DNA from: Thermococcus sp.
Lineage (GTDB): Archaea > Methanobacteriota_B > Thermococci > Thermococcales > Thermococcaceae
Reading direction: 5' to 3'
Assembly: GCF_015523185.1 (NCBI RefSeq)
Contig: NZ_WAKV01000004.1
Span: 601-64,600, forward strand
DNA length: 64,000 nucleotides
Part shown: positions 22,904-33,687 of the stretch, one piece after another
Layout: each line of letters opens with the position of its first letter
How positions within the stretch are numbered: the stretch's first letter is position 1
Position numbers and translations under genes: made by a program
The notes under the pieces: model-generated
Databases searched by the model: none
Told to the model about the DNA's origin: nothing
The model's input: the letters and a program-made list of their open reading frames with translations, nothing else

Positions 22904-22967
22904 TTTTATTCCTACTTTTATAACAAAATTTTTATACTTCTTGCCTTAGTTTGCAGGGGTGAATATG

Positions 22968-23858
22968 ATGCTCTGGGGGTTTAAGCTTGAGTTTATGAAG
23001 GGAATCCGAACGAAGAAGCTTTGGGCTGTAATGGTGATAATAATCGCTCTGTACGTTCCGGCCTTCTACTACATGAAGCAGGTGAGGGTAACAAACGAAC
23101 TCGAAGCAATAGCCGGGATAATAAACTTCTCAAGCAAAACCGCCCTCTTCTTCCTTGGAATCCTTGCGATAATCTTTGGGGCGGGGGCAATAAACAAGGA
23201 AATTGAGGATGGAACAATTCGGGTAGCCCTCAGCAAGAGCGTGACGAGACTGGGTTATATCGTTGGCAAGTATCTAGGCCACATTGTTGTCTTTGGCGTG
23301 GCTCTCCTCATTACAAGCTTTGTAACCTTGGTCGGCCTTCAGTGGGTTGGCGTTTCCGTTTCAAAGATAACCTCTGACGTCTTTTTGCTCAATCTGTTGC
23401 TCCTTCTGGTTATGTTGGAGTTCTTGGCGATTGGATACATAATCTCGACCTTCCTCAGGTCATCGGGAACGTCCATTGGCGTCGCACTGGGCGTGTTTTT
23501 CCTGCTTTACATATTCATCCCATCGTTTGTGGCGTACAGGATGTCTACCCACATCCCAAGCGACTTAAACGTGATGGAATACAATGAGTATAAGGCAGAA
23601 TACTACACCAAATACCTCTTTTATTCCCCAAACGCCCAGTTCGTAGTAATACTCGATGCCGTCAACAACTACAAGAAGGTCACCAAAACAGTCGAAATCA
23701 ATGGGGAGACTCACAAGTTTCCAGAGTACATCGCTGAATACGCAGGAATCAAGAACGCCATAAAGAAGAGGGGCATAAATGTTCTATTGCTGGTTGTAAT
23801 GACCCTTGTCTACCTCGGCATCGCGACCTGGCGCTTCCTCCGTATGGATTTGAGGTGA
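22968..23858 (+). CDS. ABC-2 type exporter permease
   Basis: INKEIEDGTIRVALSKSVTR...GKYLG motif, six TM helices and a large loop; alternative starts at 22959 and 22965. Confidence 0.88.
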   Translation: MLWGFKLEFMKGIRTKKLWAVMVIIIALYVPAFYYMKQVRVTNELEAIAGIINFSSKTALFFLGILAIIFGAGAINKEIEDGTIRVALSKSVTRLGYIVGKYLGHIVVFGVALLITSFVTLVGLQWVGVSVSKITSDVFLLNLLLLLVMLEFLAIGYIISTFLRSSGTSIGVALGVFFLLYIFIPSFVAYRMSTHIPSDLNVMEYNEYKAEYYTKYLFYSPNAQFVVILDAVNNYKKVTKTVEINGETHKFPEYIAEYAGIKNAIKKRGINVLLLVVMTLVYLGIATWRFLRMDLR

Positions 23859-24781
23859 TGGTGATGATTACGGTTGAGAACCTTGTCAAGACTTACAAAG
23901 ATGTCAGGGCCTTAGACGGGCTTAACCTCAGAGTTCCAGAGGGAGTGATTTATGGTTTCCTTGGACCAAATGGAGCTGGCAAGAGCACGACAATCCTAAG
24001 CCTCCTCGGGTTAGTCTTTCCCCAAAAGGGGAGGATAGAACTCTTTGGTGAAGAAATCTTCAGGGACGGAAAGTTCAACGAGAGCAAACTCGTCAAGGCT
24101 AAGACCAGAATCGGCTACATGCCCGAGCATGCTACACTATGGGATTTCTTAACTCCTGTCCAGACCCTCGACATTATCGCTGACGCGTTCAGAATCCCAA
24201 AGGCCGAGAAGGAAAGGAGGATTAACGAGCTCCTCGACATGGTTGGGTTGAAGGACGTTAAGAACAAGAAGGTTGGTAAGTTTTCCAAGGGTATGCGCCA
24301 GAGGCTTCTCCTCGCTCAGGCGTTAATCAACGACCCAGAACTTTTAATCCTTGATGAGCCCATGACGGGCCTCGACCCAAAGGGTATTGCTGAGTTCAAG
24401 GAGATTATAAGGGAGCAGAGGAAGGCTGGTAAAACCGTCTTTTTCTCGAGTCATATTTTGGCCCATGTTGAGGAAGTTTGTGATACAGTGGGGGTGATTG
24501 TTAAGGGCAGGCTAATCCTCGAGGACAGTATTGAGAACATCAAGCGCGAGTTCCTTAGGAAGGCCGGTTACACGATTATCGTTGAGACCAATAAGCCAGT
24601 TGACTGGAGTTCTGCTAAGTGGAGTGTGACCCCGCTTGGCGAGAATAAGTACCGTGTCGTTTCGGAGGAGGACGTTAGGGAGGAGTTGCACGACTTTGTG
24701 GCTTCGCAGGGTGCGAAAATCCTAACAATGCAGGTGAAGGAGCCAAGCCTAGAAGAAATATTCCTGAAACTTGTCGAGTAG
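23855..24781 (+). CDS. ABC exporter ATP-binding protein
   Basis: GPNGAGKST, FSKGMRQR, LILDEPMTGLDP, SSHIL and the C-terminal PSLEEIF; the true start may be the ATG at 23864. Confidence 0.93.
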   Translation: MMVMITVENLVKTYKDVRALDGLNLRVPEGVIYGFLGPNGAGKSTTILSLLGLVFPQKGRIELFGEEIFRDGKFNESKLVKAKTRIGYMPEHATLWDFLTPVQTLDIIADAFRIPKAEKERRINELLDMVGLKDVKNKKVGKFSKGMRQRLLLAQALINDPELLILDEPMTGLDPKGIAEFKEIIREQRKAGKTVFFSSHILAHVEEVCDTVGVIVKGRLILEDSIENIKREFLRKAGYTIIVETNKPVDWSSAKWSVTPLGENKYRVVSEEDVREELHDFVASQGAKILTMQVKEPSLEEIFLKLVE

Positions 24782-24829
24782 CCTATTTTATTTTCAAACT
24801 TCTCAATTTTGTTCAGTAAACTTTTTAGG

Positions 24830-24841
24830 TTTGAATTCAAA
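24830..24841. promoter_or_regulatory. Perfect 12-bp palindrome TTTGAATTCAAA, candidate operator
   Basis: Lies just downstream of a TATA-like AAACTTTTTAG and 22 nt before the ATG at 24864. Confidence 0.4.
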
Positions 24842-24863
24842 ATCTCACTGGGTGTTGAACTGA

Positions 24864-25451
24864 ATGCTACTCCCAATGCATATATTCGTGGCTTATCTCA
24901 TAGGGCTTTGGAGGAACTGGAACCGAAAACTCCTCGGTTTATTCGTAATAGCAAATTCTGCCCCTGACTACAGCTTTATCCAGATGTTGCTCATTGAAGG
25001 TGACTTCACCCGAACCTTCTTCAACCACGGCTTTGTTTCCTTCTTTTACATGATACCGTTTGGTTTTCTCGGAATAATTGGAAACGGACTCCACCTAATA
25101 GCAGATGTTTTCACTGGTGGAATACCCTTCCTGCCCAACGGTATCTGGTATGGGTTCCCAAGGATTGGATGGCACCTCTGGGGGAAGTTCATACTCGTCC
25201 CATGGGAGGTTCCAATAGCGGTTGCCGGAATTTATGCGGTCTACAAACTCGGGTGGGAAAAAGTATCGTATTCACTATTGGCGTTCATTCTGGGATACGG
25301 GGTCTTTATAGTGCTAAGCCCGGTGTACCTAATCAGCCCCTATCTCTCAACGGCCTTAAGTTTCCTAGTCCTGTGGTATCTCTATGATAGAATTGAGACG
25401 ATTGACGTTCTTGAAGCAAAAATTTTGGGAGTGAGAAAAGCTAAAGCCTAG
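24864..25451 (+). CDS. Membrane protein, putative metal-dependent hydrolase (YdjM/DUF457-like)
   Basis: Polytopic protein with spaced MHIF, APDY, NHG and HLIAD residues resembling the H..PD..H..H..D pattern of that family. Confidence 0.6.
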   Translation: MLLPMHIFVAYLIGLWRNWNRKLLGLFVIANSAPDYSFIQMLLIEGDFTRTFFNHGFVSFFYMIPFGFLGIIGNGLHLIADVFTGGIPFLPNGIWYGFPRIGWHLWGKFILVPWEVPIAVAGIYAVYKLGWEKVSYSLLAFILGYGVFIVLSPVYLISPYLSTALSFLVLWYLYDRIETIDVLEAKILGVRKAKA

Positions 25452-26706
25452 CCCTCTCGAACTCCTCCTTTCTATTGAGAGGTTTCGTCGCGTCAATTCC
25501 CCACTTGGCGGTTAAGCTCCTAGTTGCTGAGGGGTCGAGAGAACTCCCCCTGGCGTTTGGAATCACCACGAGGTCTTTATCGGCCTGGAAGCGCGTGGCT
25601 ATCGCCCACTCTACATCGCGGTCGTCGTAGATGTTTATGTCTTCATCAACTACAACCACGTGCTTCAGGCTTGGATGTCCTGCAAATGCCGCCAAAATCG
25701 CGTTCTTGCCGTCACCGTCGTGCTGTTTTGTTATTGAAACGACTGCGTGGAGCCACATCGCTCCTCCCTCGGTTAGGCGAACGCCATGAACCTTCGGAAC
25801 GACGCGTTTAACGCTCGCGTAAATCTGTGGCTCCTTTGGAAGGCCCATGAGCATAAAGTGTTCGTAGCCTCCAGGGAGAAGGGCATGAAAGACCGGCTCG
25901 TCAACGTGATACATTCTCTCGAAAACAACAAGGGGTTGCTTCCTGACGTGGTCGTAGGTGCCTGTTATGTCCACGAAGGGGCCTTCGTTAACGAGCTCTG
26001 GAGTTACCTTAGCCTCAAAGACGAACTCGCTCTCGACGGGAACCGGGATACCCCCGAGTTCCACCACATCTATGGGTTTTCCAAAGGAAATCTCGCTAAT
26101 CTTACTTGCTATCTCAAGCTCGCTTATTCCGTAGGCCGTACTCGTCGCTCCAGCTAAGAGGAGGTGAACGGGATTACCAACGACTATTCTAACATCGAGT
26201 TCCTCGCCCCTCTCGGCCTTCTCCTTCCACATTGCGTAGAGGTGCCTTGGGACGAGCCTTATGGCGACTGTCTTCTCATCTCGGACCATCATTCTGTGGA
26301 ACGACATGTTGACGAAACCGTTCTCGTCTTTAGCTATAACCATCGCCGAAGTGAAATACTGGCCACCGCATTTCGGGTAGTACTTTGGAATCGGGAGCTC
26401 AAGGAGAGAAAAATCCTGCGTTGAGTTCTTCAGGAAGGGAGCGTTCTCAACTGTTCTGTAAGGTGACGGATTCTCCATTGCTTCTGTCATTAGATGAATA
26501 AGCTCCTCCTTCTTTGTTCTGAGGAAGCCGGCTATTCTCTCCCTCGTGCTCCATATGTTGCCGGCAACCCTCCAGCCGTCCACGTCCGTGAAGAGAACAG
26601 GCCGGTCCTTGTATCTGGTTAGGTAGTGGGTAATTTCAAGTTCCTTGTTCACAGGTTTATCTATGACAATCAGGTCATTGAAGGTTTGGAGAATCTCCGC
26701 CAGCAT
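25441..26706 (-). CDS. UbiD family prFMN-dependent decarboxylase (probable anhydromevalonate phosphate decarboxylase of the archaeal mevalonate pathway)
   Basis: [31 protein letters not shown] and GSSLDPS motifs; the pathway role is inferred from known archaeal homologues. Confidence 0.88.
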   Translation of the reverse strand: MLAEILQTFNDLIVIDKPVNKELEITHYLTRYKDRPVLFTDVDGWRVAGNIWSTRERIAGFLRTKKEELIHLMTEAMENPSPYRTVENAPFLKNSTQDFSLLELPIPKYYPKCGGQYFTSAMVIAKDENGFVNMSFHRMMVRDEKTVAIRLVPRHLYAMWKEKAERGEELDVRIVVGNPVHLLLAGATSTAYGISELEIASKISEISFGKPIDVVELGGIPVPVESEFVFEAKVTPELVNEGPFVDITGTYDHVRKQPLVVFERMYHVDEPVFHALLPGGYEHFMLMGLPKEPQIYASVKRVVPKVHGVRLTEGGAMWLHAVVSITKQHDGDGKNAILAAFAGHPSLKHVVVVDEDINIYDDRDVEWAIATRFQADKDLVVIPNARGSSLDPSATRSLTAKWGIDATKPLNRKEEFERARL

Positions 26707-26779
26707 GGTATCACCTTAGGCTTTTGTTCCAAAAGGTCTATAAAGCCTTTTTCCAGACCTGCTTTGATTGGCCATGCCC

Positions 26780-28159
26780 ATGGTTGTTCTCAGGATTCCA
26801 GATGGCTCGGCACTGGTGAGGATTGAAAAGGCCGAACCCAGCGTCTACTTTAAAATCTACGATTTGCTCAGTTACAAAAAGGATTATGGCAAATGGGAAA
26901 AGCCAGAAAGCCTCTATGACCCCTATGAAAAGACCTTTCCAGTAGGGTTGTTGCCCAGGGTCAAAAAATTCCTCAACAGCAAAGGCTACCGGGTGAGGGT
27001 GAAGGATGAAAGGCAGGTTCGCGGTGTTAAGCTAAACTCGAGCTGGAACGAGAACTACGAACTCAGGCGGTATCAGAGGCGAGCAGTGAAAAAAGCCCTC
27101 AAAGAAAAAATGGGTGTTCTTGCCCTCCCTGTTGGGAGCGGAAAGACCGTTGTTGGACTGAGGGTTATTCACGAACTCGACCTCTCGACCCTTATAGTGG
27201 TCCACACAAAGGAGCTACTCTACCAGTGGGCCGAGAAGGTTGAGGAACTGCTCGGCGTTAAGGCTGGAATTGTTGGTGACAACAAGTGGAACGAGGAAAA
27301 CGTAACCGTCGCGATGATACAGACGCTCCTGTCAAGGGGTGTTGATAAGCTGAAGAACGACTACGCCGTGGTCATGTTCGACGAGTGCCACAGGACTTCT
27401 GCGGCGGAGAAGTTCTACCAGCTGGGAATTTCACTCCCACAGGTCTACCGCTTCGGCCTCTCGGCAACACCATGGAGAAGGGTTAGAGGGGAGGAAATAA
27501 AGATTGAGGCCGTTGTTGGCCCGGTAATCTACGAGGTAAAGGCCGAAGATCTTATCAGGGAGGGCTTCCTCGCAAAACCCCGCTTTGAAGTGATAACCTA
27601 CGAGTCGAGCATGCCGTCCTTCAGCGAGCGCTACAAGGAACTCTATGAAGATGTTGTCATGAACAACGACGAGAGGAACAGGGCGATAGTCCTGAAGGCA
27701 AAAGAGCTCGTTGGAAAGGGCCACCGCGTCCTCATAGACGTGAAGCGCATCGAACACGGCAGAATTTTGAAGGAAATGCTCGAGAAGGAGGGAATTCGAG
27801 CGGAGTTCCTGAGTTCAAAGAGCCCCAACAGGTGGGAAATCCTGGAGGCCTTCAAGAATGGCGAAATTCCGGTTCTGATTTCGACGCTTCTCAAGGAAGG
27901 CGTGGATATACCAGAGATTTCTGCAATAATCCTCGCGGGCGGGGGGAAGAGTGACATAATGACGATACAGACCATAGGCAGGGCGCTGAGGCCGAAAAGG
28001 GGCATGAGGGCGGTTATAGTTGACGTTGCAGACGACGACCCGCTCCTCTACACGCACTTTATAGAGAGGCAGAAGGCTCTAAAGCAGTACTACGGCAAAT
28101 ACTACGACAAGGAATCAAAGCTCAACGAGACAGTCTCCAAAAAGCGCCGCTCTGGTTAA
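26780..28159 (+). CDS. SF2 helicase, XPB/Rad25-like
   Basis: LPVGSGKT, DECH, LSATP, EGVDIP and IQTIGRALR motifs; start uncertain (26768, 26774 or 26780). Confidence 0.88.
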   Translation: MVVLRIPDGSALVRIEKAEPSVYFKIYDLLSYKKDYGKWEKPESLYDPYEKTFPVGLLPRVKKFLNSKGYRVRVKDERQVRGVKLNSSWNENYELRRYQRRAVKKALKEKMGVLALPVGSGKTVVGLRVIHELDLSTLIVVHTKELLYQWAEKVEELLGVKAGIVGDNKWNEENVTVAMIQTLLSRGVDKLKNDYAVVMFDECHRTSAAEKFYQLGISLPQVYRFGLSATPWRRVRGEEIKIEAVVGPVIYEVKAEDLIREGFLAKPRFEVITYESSMPSFSERYKELYEDVVMNNDERNRAIVLKAKELVGKGHRVLIDVKRIEHGRILKEMLEKEGIRAEFLSSKSPNRWEILEAFKNGEIPVLISTLLKEGVDIPEISAIILAGGGKSDIMTIQTIGRALRPKRGMRAVIVDVADDDPLLYTHFIERQKALKQYYGKYYDKESKLNETVSKKRRSG

Positions 28160-28918
28160 AGCCCTTGAGTAGCGCTCAAAGAGGTCTCTTTTGGCTTTGG
28201 CAAGGCCCCTCTCATCGGTTTTGAATTCAATCCCGGGATACTCTATGTGCCACAGCACTAGATTCTCAGGAGGGGCAGGAGGGACTTTCTTCTTGTAATT
28301 CCCGGATAGCATCTTACGGATTTCCTCCGGTTCGAGGAGTCCGAGCCCGCAGAATCGGAGCGCGTTGACGATTCTCCTCACCATCTCCCAGAGGAAGCTT
28401 TTGCCGGTAACCTCTATGAGGTAGTAACCCTTCCGCGGAAGAACCCGGAGCGAGTTCACTTCCCTCACAGGGTCCCTCCCCGGTTCGAGCCTCGCGAAGG
28501 CCGAGAAATCGTGGGTTCCCTCGAAGAGCCGGGCACACTCAAGAACCCTCTCAAGGTCGAAGCCCTCGTTAACAAGGTAATAGCGGTAGGTCTTTGACCT
28601 TGCCCAGAACCGGGGGTGGAAGTCATCGGGGACTTCGGAAACACCGAGGACCCACGTATCTCGTAGGTGGTGGTTTAAAACCTCCGGTCTGACCAAATCG
28701 GCCCGCTCACTTGGAATAAACGAAACAACGTTGAAGAAGGCTGAGACCCCCCTGTCTGTTCGGGAGGCGCCCTTGAAGTCGTTCTCCTCGGGGCTTTCAA
28801 TTATTTTAAGCTTTTTCAAAACGCGAATTAGCTCATCCTCAACTGTCCTCAAGTTCGGTTGCCTCTGGAATCCGTAGAAGGCGGTTCCATCGTACGCTAT
28901 CCTGAGGGCAAGCTTCAT
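28115..28918 (-). CDS. truA: tRNA pseudouridine(38-40) synthase
   Basis: IAYDGTAFYGFQRQP, GASRTDRGVSA, FHPRFWA, GTHDFSAF and SFLWEMVR; ATG at 28918. Confidence 0.95.
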   Translation of the reverse strand: MKLALRIAYDGTAFYGFQRQPNLRTVEDELIRVLKKLKIIESPEENDFKGASRTDRGVSAFFNVVSFIPSERADLVRPEVLNHHLRDTWVLGVSEVPDDFHPRFWARSKTYRYYLVNEGFDLERVLECARLFEGTHDFSAFARLEPGRDPVREVNSLRVLPRKGYYLIEVTGKSFLWEMVRRIVNALRFCGLGLLEPEEIRKMLSGNYKKKVPPAPPENLVLWHIEYPGIEFKTDERGLAKAKRDLFERYSRALTRAALFGDCLVEL

Positions 28919-29068
28919 GGTTGGCGCTTTGATGTGGAGTATAAAAAACCTTCCCTGAATATTCGCCAACTTTTTTGGTCTTTGTAAAGCCGAAAATCGA
29001 ACATGGTACAAGATATTTTGCAAAATGTTGATAAACACTGCCGAAAACATAAACACGGAGGTGAGAAA

Positions 29069-29161
29069 ATGGAGGGAGTGTTCGACGTGGAGGTGCTCAT
29101 AAGCGTCGTGAACTTTGAGCTTATGTGCATCGGTTTGGAGAAAAGGGCAAAAGAGGATTAA
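29069..29161 (+). CDS. Candidate 30-aa small protein or gene remnant (MEGVFDVEVLISVVNFELMCIGLEKRAKED)
   Basis: GGAGGTGA RBS at 29057-29064, ATG at 29069, TAA at 29159-29161 overlapping the pheT stop; below the ORF track cut-off. Confidence 0.4.
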   Translation: MEGVFDVEVLISVVNFELMCIGLEKRAKED

Positions 29162-30864
29162 AGATACGGCTCGGTATAGAGTGGCCTTAAAAACACCTCA
29201 AAGCCCGCAACGGGCATCTCAATCCCCCACTTTTCTAAAACAACCGGGTGCACCTCCCCGATGACGCCGATTGTTTCTCCGTTGACGATTATCTTCCCAG
29301 CCCTTCCGGGGATAAAGCTCGGGTGCTCGATTTCCTCCAGCTCGTAGGTGAAGCCGAGGTGGCACATCACGCTGTCAAGGATTTCCTTAGCATCGGTAAA
29401 GGTAATCCTTGCCTGAGCCAGAACAACGGCAAGCTTGCTCTCGCTCACCGTTTTGGTTTCCCTGCTCTCATCTATAAGCGTTGCCTTTCCAACCTCGAAG
29501 AGCCTCTGCGGGTATTCCTCGTGGGTGTTCTGACTCAGGAAGTCGAGTAAACTTGGCAGGAGCCAGTTCCTGAGGGCGGACCACTTCGGGCTTATCGGGT
29601 TTTCAATCTCGACGAGTTCCGCCGGCGGGTTGTTGAAGTAGTCCTTTCCGTATTCCAAGTTCATCTTTTCATATTGGGCCTCCCTGTTGGTGAGGTTGAA
29701 AGTCATGACCTCCTGAAGGCCAAAGCCCACCATGAGTTCTCTCACGGCATCTTCAAACTCGACGAACTTGTCACCCTTTCCTTGGACGGCAAGCTTCGGC
29801 TCCTCGGGCTCAATCTCGTTGTAGCCGTAGGCTATGAGAACGTCCTCCAAAACGTCCCTCGCGTGCATTATGTCGTCGCGGAAGGCTGGATAGAGTAGCT
29901 TTGCCTTTCCGCCTTCAAGCTTAACCTCGTACATCATCCTCTCAAGGAGGTCCTTGATTTTCTCATTGCTCAGCTCAAGGCCGGAGAGCTTCCTTATGTA
30001 GTCCAGTTCAACCTCGAAGGGCTTTGGGGTTAAATCAGGCGTCTCAATTTCAAAGTCCGGATAAACGACCTTCACGCTCTTGATTTTCCCACCGCGCTCC
30101 GCGAGAGCCGTTACCACGACGTTCAAAGCCAACATGACCTTGTTCAAATCCCATCCCGTAACGTCAACGAAAACATTCCGGGTTTCAGTCGTTACCCTGC
30201 CAGTCACCTCGGAGTTGATAATCGGCGGCATGGAGAGGACTTTGCCTTCACTGTCAACGAGGAGTGGGTAGTAGGGCCTGTCCTTTATCAGGTGCCCGTA
30301 CTCTTTCCCCTTCTCGTGTTTCTCAAGGATTTCCTCCAGAGTTAACTCCTCGGTGAGGCCGAGGGGTATGAATTTTTCGGTCTTTTTCGCTGCCCTGTAA
30401 TAAACCGGTGGCTTCACTTTGTCGAAGTCAAAGATGCCAATCGCCACCTCCCTCCTCCGCCTTCCAAAGGTTAAGGCAACTTTCTCCTGGAGGTTTATCA
30501 TCTGCTTAAGGGCCTCTTCATCGAGGTGAAGGCCTTCAACTATAGCATAGACACCGTAGGGTCTTATCTCCTTCAGCTTCTCGTCAACGTAAACCACAAC
30601 GTCGCTCTTTTCCACTTCGTATTTCGGCAGGCCCCTCTCAATTCCGAGCGCCCACTTTATCTGCCTTGCTATTCCCTCGGCGCTCCACAGGTCTGGCCTG
30701 TTGGTGTCCTTGGAGTCTGCCTTGAAGTAGGTTTCACCGTTCTCCTCCCAGACGTCGTCGAGCTCGCATTTCGCGTATAGGAAGAGGTCCTCCCACTCCT
30801 CGACTGTGAAGCTCCTCCCGATGAGCCTCTCAAGATCGGACTTTGAAACATCAAACTTCGGCAT
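29158..30864 (-). CDS. pheT: Phenylalanyl-tRNA synthetase beta subunit
   Basis: NRPDLWSAEGIAR, SMPPIINS, FRDDIMHARDVLED and GVIGEVHP motifs. Confidence 0.97.
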   Translation of the reverse strand: MPKFDVSKSDLERLIGRSFTVEEWEDLFLYAKCELDDVWEENGETYFKADSKDTNRPDLWSAEGIARQIKWALGIERGLPKYEVEKSDVVVYVDEKLKEIRPYGVYAIVEGLHLDEEALKQMINLQEKVALTFGRRRREVAIGIFDFDKVKPPVYYRAAKKTEKFIPLGLTEELTLEEILEKHEKGKEYGHLIKDRPYYPLLVDSEGKVLSMPPIINSEVTGRVTTETRNVFVDVTGWDLNKVMLALNVVVTALAERGGKIKSVKVVYPDFEIETPDLTPKPFEVELDYIRKLSGLELSNEKIKDLLERMMYEVKLEGGKAKLLYPAFRDDIMHARDVLEDVLIAYGYNEIEPEEPKLAVQGKGDKFVEFEDAVRELMVGFGLQEVMTFNLTNREAQYEKMNLEYGKDYFNNPPAELVEIENPISPKWSALRNWLLPSLLDFLSQNTHEEYPQRLFEVGKATLIDESRETKTVSESKLAVVLAQARITFTDAKEILDSVMCHLGFTYELEEIEHPSFIPGRAGKIIVNGETIGVIGEVHPVVLEKWGIEMPVAGFEVFLRPLYTEPYL

Positions 30865-30870
30865 CTCTCA

Positions 30871-32373
30871 TCACCACACCAGCTTCGCTTCCCTGAGCCA
30901 CCTCAAGTCGTAGCTGAACAGGTAGCGGATGTCGTCAATGCCGAGCTTGAACATGGCCAATCTGTCAATGCCTATCCCCCACGCTATTACCGGAGCGTCT
31001 ATGCCCAAAGCCTTAGTCATCTCCTCGCGGAATATTCCGGCACCACCGAACTCAACCCAGCCGAGCTCAGGGTGATATGCGCTCATCTGGACGCTCGGCT
31101 CTGTGAAGGGATAGTAATCCGGCAGGAACTTTACTTTTTTGGCCCCGGCTATCTCCACCGCGAAGCGCTTGAGGATTCCAAGAAGGTGCCTGAAGTTCAA
31201 ATCCTCACCAACGACGAAGCCGTCTATCTGGTTGAACTCGATTAAGTGGGTTCTATCAAGGACGTCCGGTCTAAAAACGCGCTGTATCGTGAAGTATTTC
31301 CCGGGAATCTCAACGCCTTTGGCGAGCTGTCTGGCATCCAAAGCTGTGCCGTGTGCCCTCGGCATCAGCAACATCGCCCGCTCCGGACTCCAGGTATAAC
31401 CCCAGCCACGAGAGCCGGCCAAACCGCGCTCGTGTGCCTCTTTAACCCTCTCAACGAGCTCCTTCTCGGGCAGATAACCCCTCTTGGGATATTTAAGCTG
31501 GTACGTGTCCGTCCACTCTCTCGCCGGATGGTTCTGGGGCTGGAAGAGGGCATCGAAGTTCCAGAACTGGGTCTCTATGAGACTCTCAACAGTCATCTCG
31601 ATGAAGCCCATCTCGATTAGCCTTCTCCTTATCTTGTCGAGGAAAGCCCTGTAGGGCTGTTTCTTGCCAGGGTAAATCCTCCTAACGGGGGCTTTGATGT
31701 CAAACTTCCTGAACTCGACCTCGCGCCACTTGCCGGACTTTATGAGCTCTGGAGTTAGGACGGAAACTTCCCTTTTCAGCTCGATGCCTTTTTTCACGAG
31801 CTCCTCTCCAGCTGGGGTTATCTCAACCGTTCTCTCGGTTACCGTCTCTTCCTCTGCCACCTTCCTCCTCTTGAGCTCCTTGACTGGAACGAGCTTTTCC
31901 ATTTCCTTAACTGGAACGACTTTCTTCCCGGCGAGAAGTTTTAGGGCCCTATCAATGGGTCTCTCTTCAGCCTCGAGGCCCCTCTCAGTAATCTCAAGGA
32001 CCAGCTTTCCGTTCTCCTTTCTAACGTTTGCCCAGCCCTCCTTCCTGAGAAGGCCGACTATCGGCTTCAGCTCGTCTTCGCTGAGAACTTCCCTTAGGTC
32101 ATTGAGTGTAGCCTTTCTTTTCTCTCTCAGAACCTTCAGAGCCCTCCATTCCGGAAGACCTATGTCAGCGTACTTTTTCCCGGTCTCGGTGAGCTTTACA
32201 ACCTTTTCGCTCCTCTCATTAAGTTTGGCTAAACCTTTCGCCTGAAGACCAAGGACGGCCCTCATCACGGCTACCTGTTCGAGGCCGGTTTTTTGTACTA
32301 ACTCCTCGAATTTAGCCCTTTTAAGCTCACCAAGCTTGATAAGCGTGAGCTTCTCTTGGTAGCTCAGCTCCAT
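30871..32373 (-). CDS. pheS: Phenylalanyl-tRNA synthetase alpha subunit
   Basis: [35 protein letters not shown] and AWGIGIDR motifs. Confidence 0.97.
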   Translation of the reverse strand: MELSYQEKLTLIKLGELKRAKFEELVQKTGLEQVAVMRAVLGLQAKGLAKLNERSEKVVKLTETGKKYADIGLPEWRALKVLREKRKATLNDLREVLSEDELKPIVGLLRKEGWANVRKENGKLVLEITERGLEAEERPIDRALKLLAGKKVVPVKEMEKLVPVKELKRRKVAEEETVTERTVEITPAGEELVKKGIELKREVSVLTPELIKSGKWREVEFRKFDIKAPVRRIYPGKKQPYRAFLDKIRRRLIEMGFIEMTVESLIETQFWNFDALFQPQNHPAREWTDTYQLKYPKRGYLPEKELVERVKEAHERGLAGSRGWGYTWSPERAMLLMPRAHGTALDARQLAKGVEIPGKYFTIQRVFRPDVLDRTHLIEFNQIDGFVVGEDLNFRHLLGILKRFAVEIAGAKKVKFLPDYYPFTEPSVQMSAYHPELGWVEFGGAGIFREEMTKALGIDAPVIAWGIGIDRLAMFKLGIDDIRYLFSYDLRWLREAKLVW

Positions 32374-32442
32374 GGTGCCACCTCCCCGTTTGGGTGTGCG
32401 TGAGAACTTAAGAGAATTGCGGTGAAAGAAGAGGAAGAAACT

Positions 32443-33495
32443 TCATCCCTCATGCGGGAAGAAGACGACCTTTCCAGTCTTGCCAGCGCGCATAAGCTCA
32501 AAAGCTTCCTCGAACTTGTCAAAGCCCTTGTACTTGTGGGTGATTATCGGGTCGAGGTTAAGTTTTCCGCTCTGGATGAGGCTTGAAACGGTGTACCAGG
32601 TCTCCCAGAGGTGCCTTCCCGTTATACCGTGTATTTCGAGTGCCTTGAAGATTATGAGGTTGTTGAAATCCAGCGTAACGTCCCGTGAGAAGAGGCCGAG
32701 AAGGGAAACCCTTCCACCCGGGGTTACGGCCTTAAGACCCTGCTCAAGGGCCTTTGGTGCTCCGCTGAACTCAAGGAAGACCTCAACTCCAGCTCCATCA
32801 GTTATACTCATGACAACCTCGACGGGGTCTTCCTCAAAGGGGTTAACCACGTAGTCGGCGCCGACTTTCTTGGCCAGCTTTCTTCTGTATTCGCTCGGCT
32901 CGCTCACGATGACTGGATAGGCACCACTTGCCTTCGCCACGGCTATTCCGAGAAGTCCAAGCGGGCCGGCTCCGGTTATGAGAGTGCTCCTACCCGCTAT
33001 TGGTCCGGCTAAAACGGTATCAACAGCATTTCCAAGGGGCTCTTGCAATGCCGCGTACTCGGGCTTCATATCCTTCGGGTTCTTCCATGCGTTTTTAGCA
33101 GGAACGATGGCGTAGTGGGCAAAGACACCGTCCATGTCAACGCCAAAAATCTTCGTGTTCTGACAGACATGGTAGCGGTTGTGTCTGCAGGCGTAGCACT
33201 TGCCACAGACGATGTGGGTTTCCACGCTTATGTAGTCTCCGACCTGAAGGTCTTCAACGCCCGGACCCACCTCAACTACTTCTCCAGCAACCTCGTGGCC
33301 CATAATCTGGGGCGGCTTTATCCTGCTCTGCGCCCACTCGTTCCACTCGTAGATGTGCAAGTCGGTTCCACAGATGCTCGTTGCGAGAACCTTTATGAGA
33401 ACCTCTCCCGGGCCGGGCTTTGGGACGTCAACCTCAACGAGTTCAGCCCCGTAAGCGGGCTTTGTCTTCATAATAGCCTGCATTTTCTCAACCAT
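32443..33495 (-). CDS. tdh: L-threonine 3-dehydrogenase
   Basis: ICGTDLH, GHEVAG, CGKCYAC...C, QEPLGNA and GAGPLG; ATG at 33495. Confidence 0.95.
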   Translation of the reverse strand: MVEKMQAIMKTKPAYGAELVEVDVPKPGPGEVLIKVLATSICGTDLHIYEWNEWAQSRIKPPQIMGHEVAGEVVEVGPGVEDLQVGDYISVETHIVCGKCYACRHNRYHVCQNTKIFGVDMDGVFAHYAIVPAKNAWKNPKDMKPEYAALQEPLGNAVDTVLAGPIAGRSTLITGAGPLGLLGIAVAKASGAYPVIVSEPSEYRRKLAKKVGADYVVNPFEEDPVEVVMSITDGAGVEVFLEFSGAPKALEQGLKAVTPGGRVSLLGLFSRDVTLDFNNLIIFKALEIHGITGRHLWETWYTVSSLIQSGKLNLDPIITHKYKGFDKFEEAFELMRAGKTGKVVFFPHEG

Positions 33496-33687
33496 GGTAA
33501 TCATCTCCTTAGCCTTACAACGGGAGTCTAAATGTAACGATATAAACCTTTTGTGTTCATCGAGTGGAGAATGCTCATCACTGGGCAGAATTGTGTAGAT
33601 ACACATGCAGGGAGTTCTGCAGGTAAGCTCACCCAATCGGAAACCTTATATCCTAAACCCCTAACAAAAAAGCTTAGAGGGGTAGCG

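Noticed and set aside
24351-24394. TTGATGA...CTGA inside the ABC ATPase
   Set aside because: Too short, and explained by the conserved LDEPMTGLDPKGIAE codons.
28920-28970. 7-bp inverted repeat GTTGGCG/CGCCAAC flanking the truA TATA box
   Set aside because: Too short and too widely spaced to distinguish from chance without conservation data.
33540-33582. GTGATGA C-box-like motif on the minus strand upstream of tdh
   Set aside because: No CTGA D box at a suitable distance.
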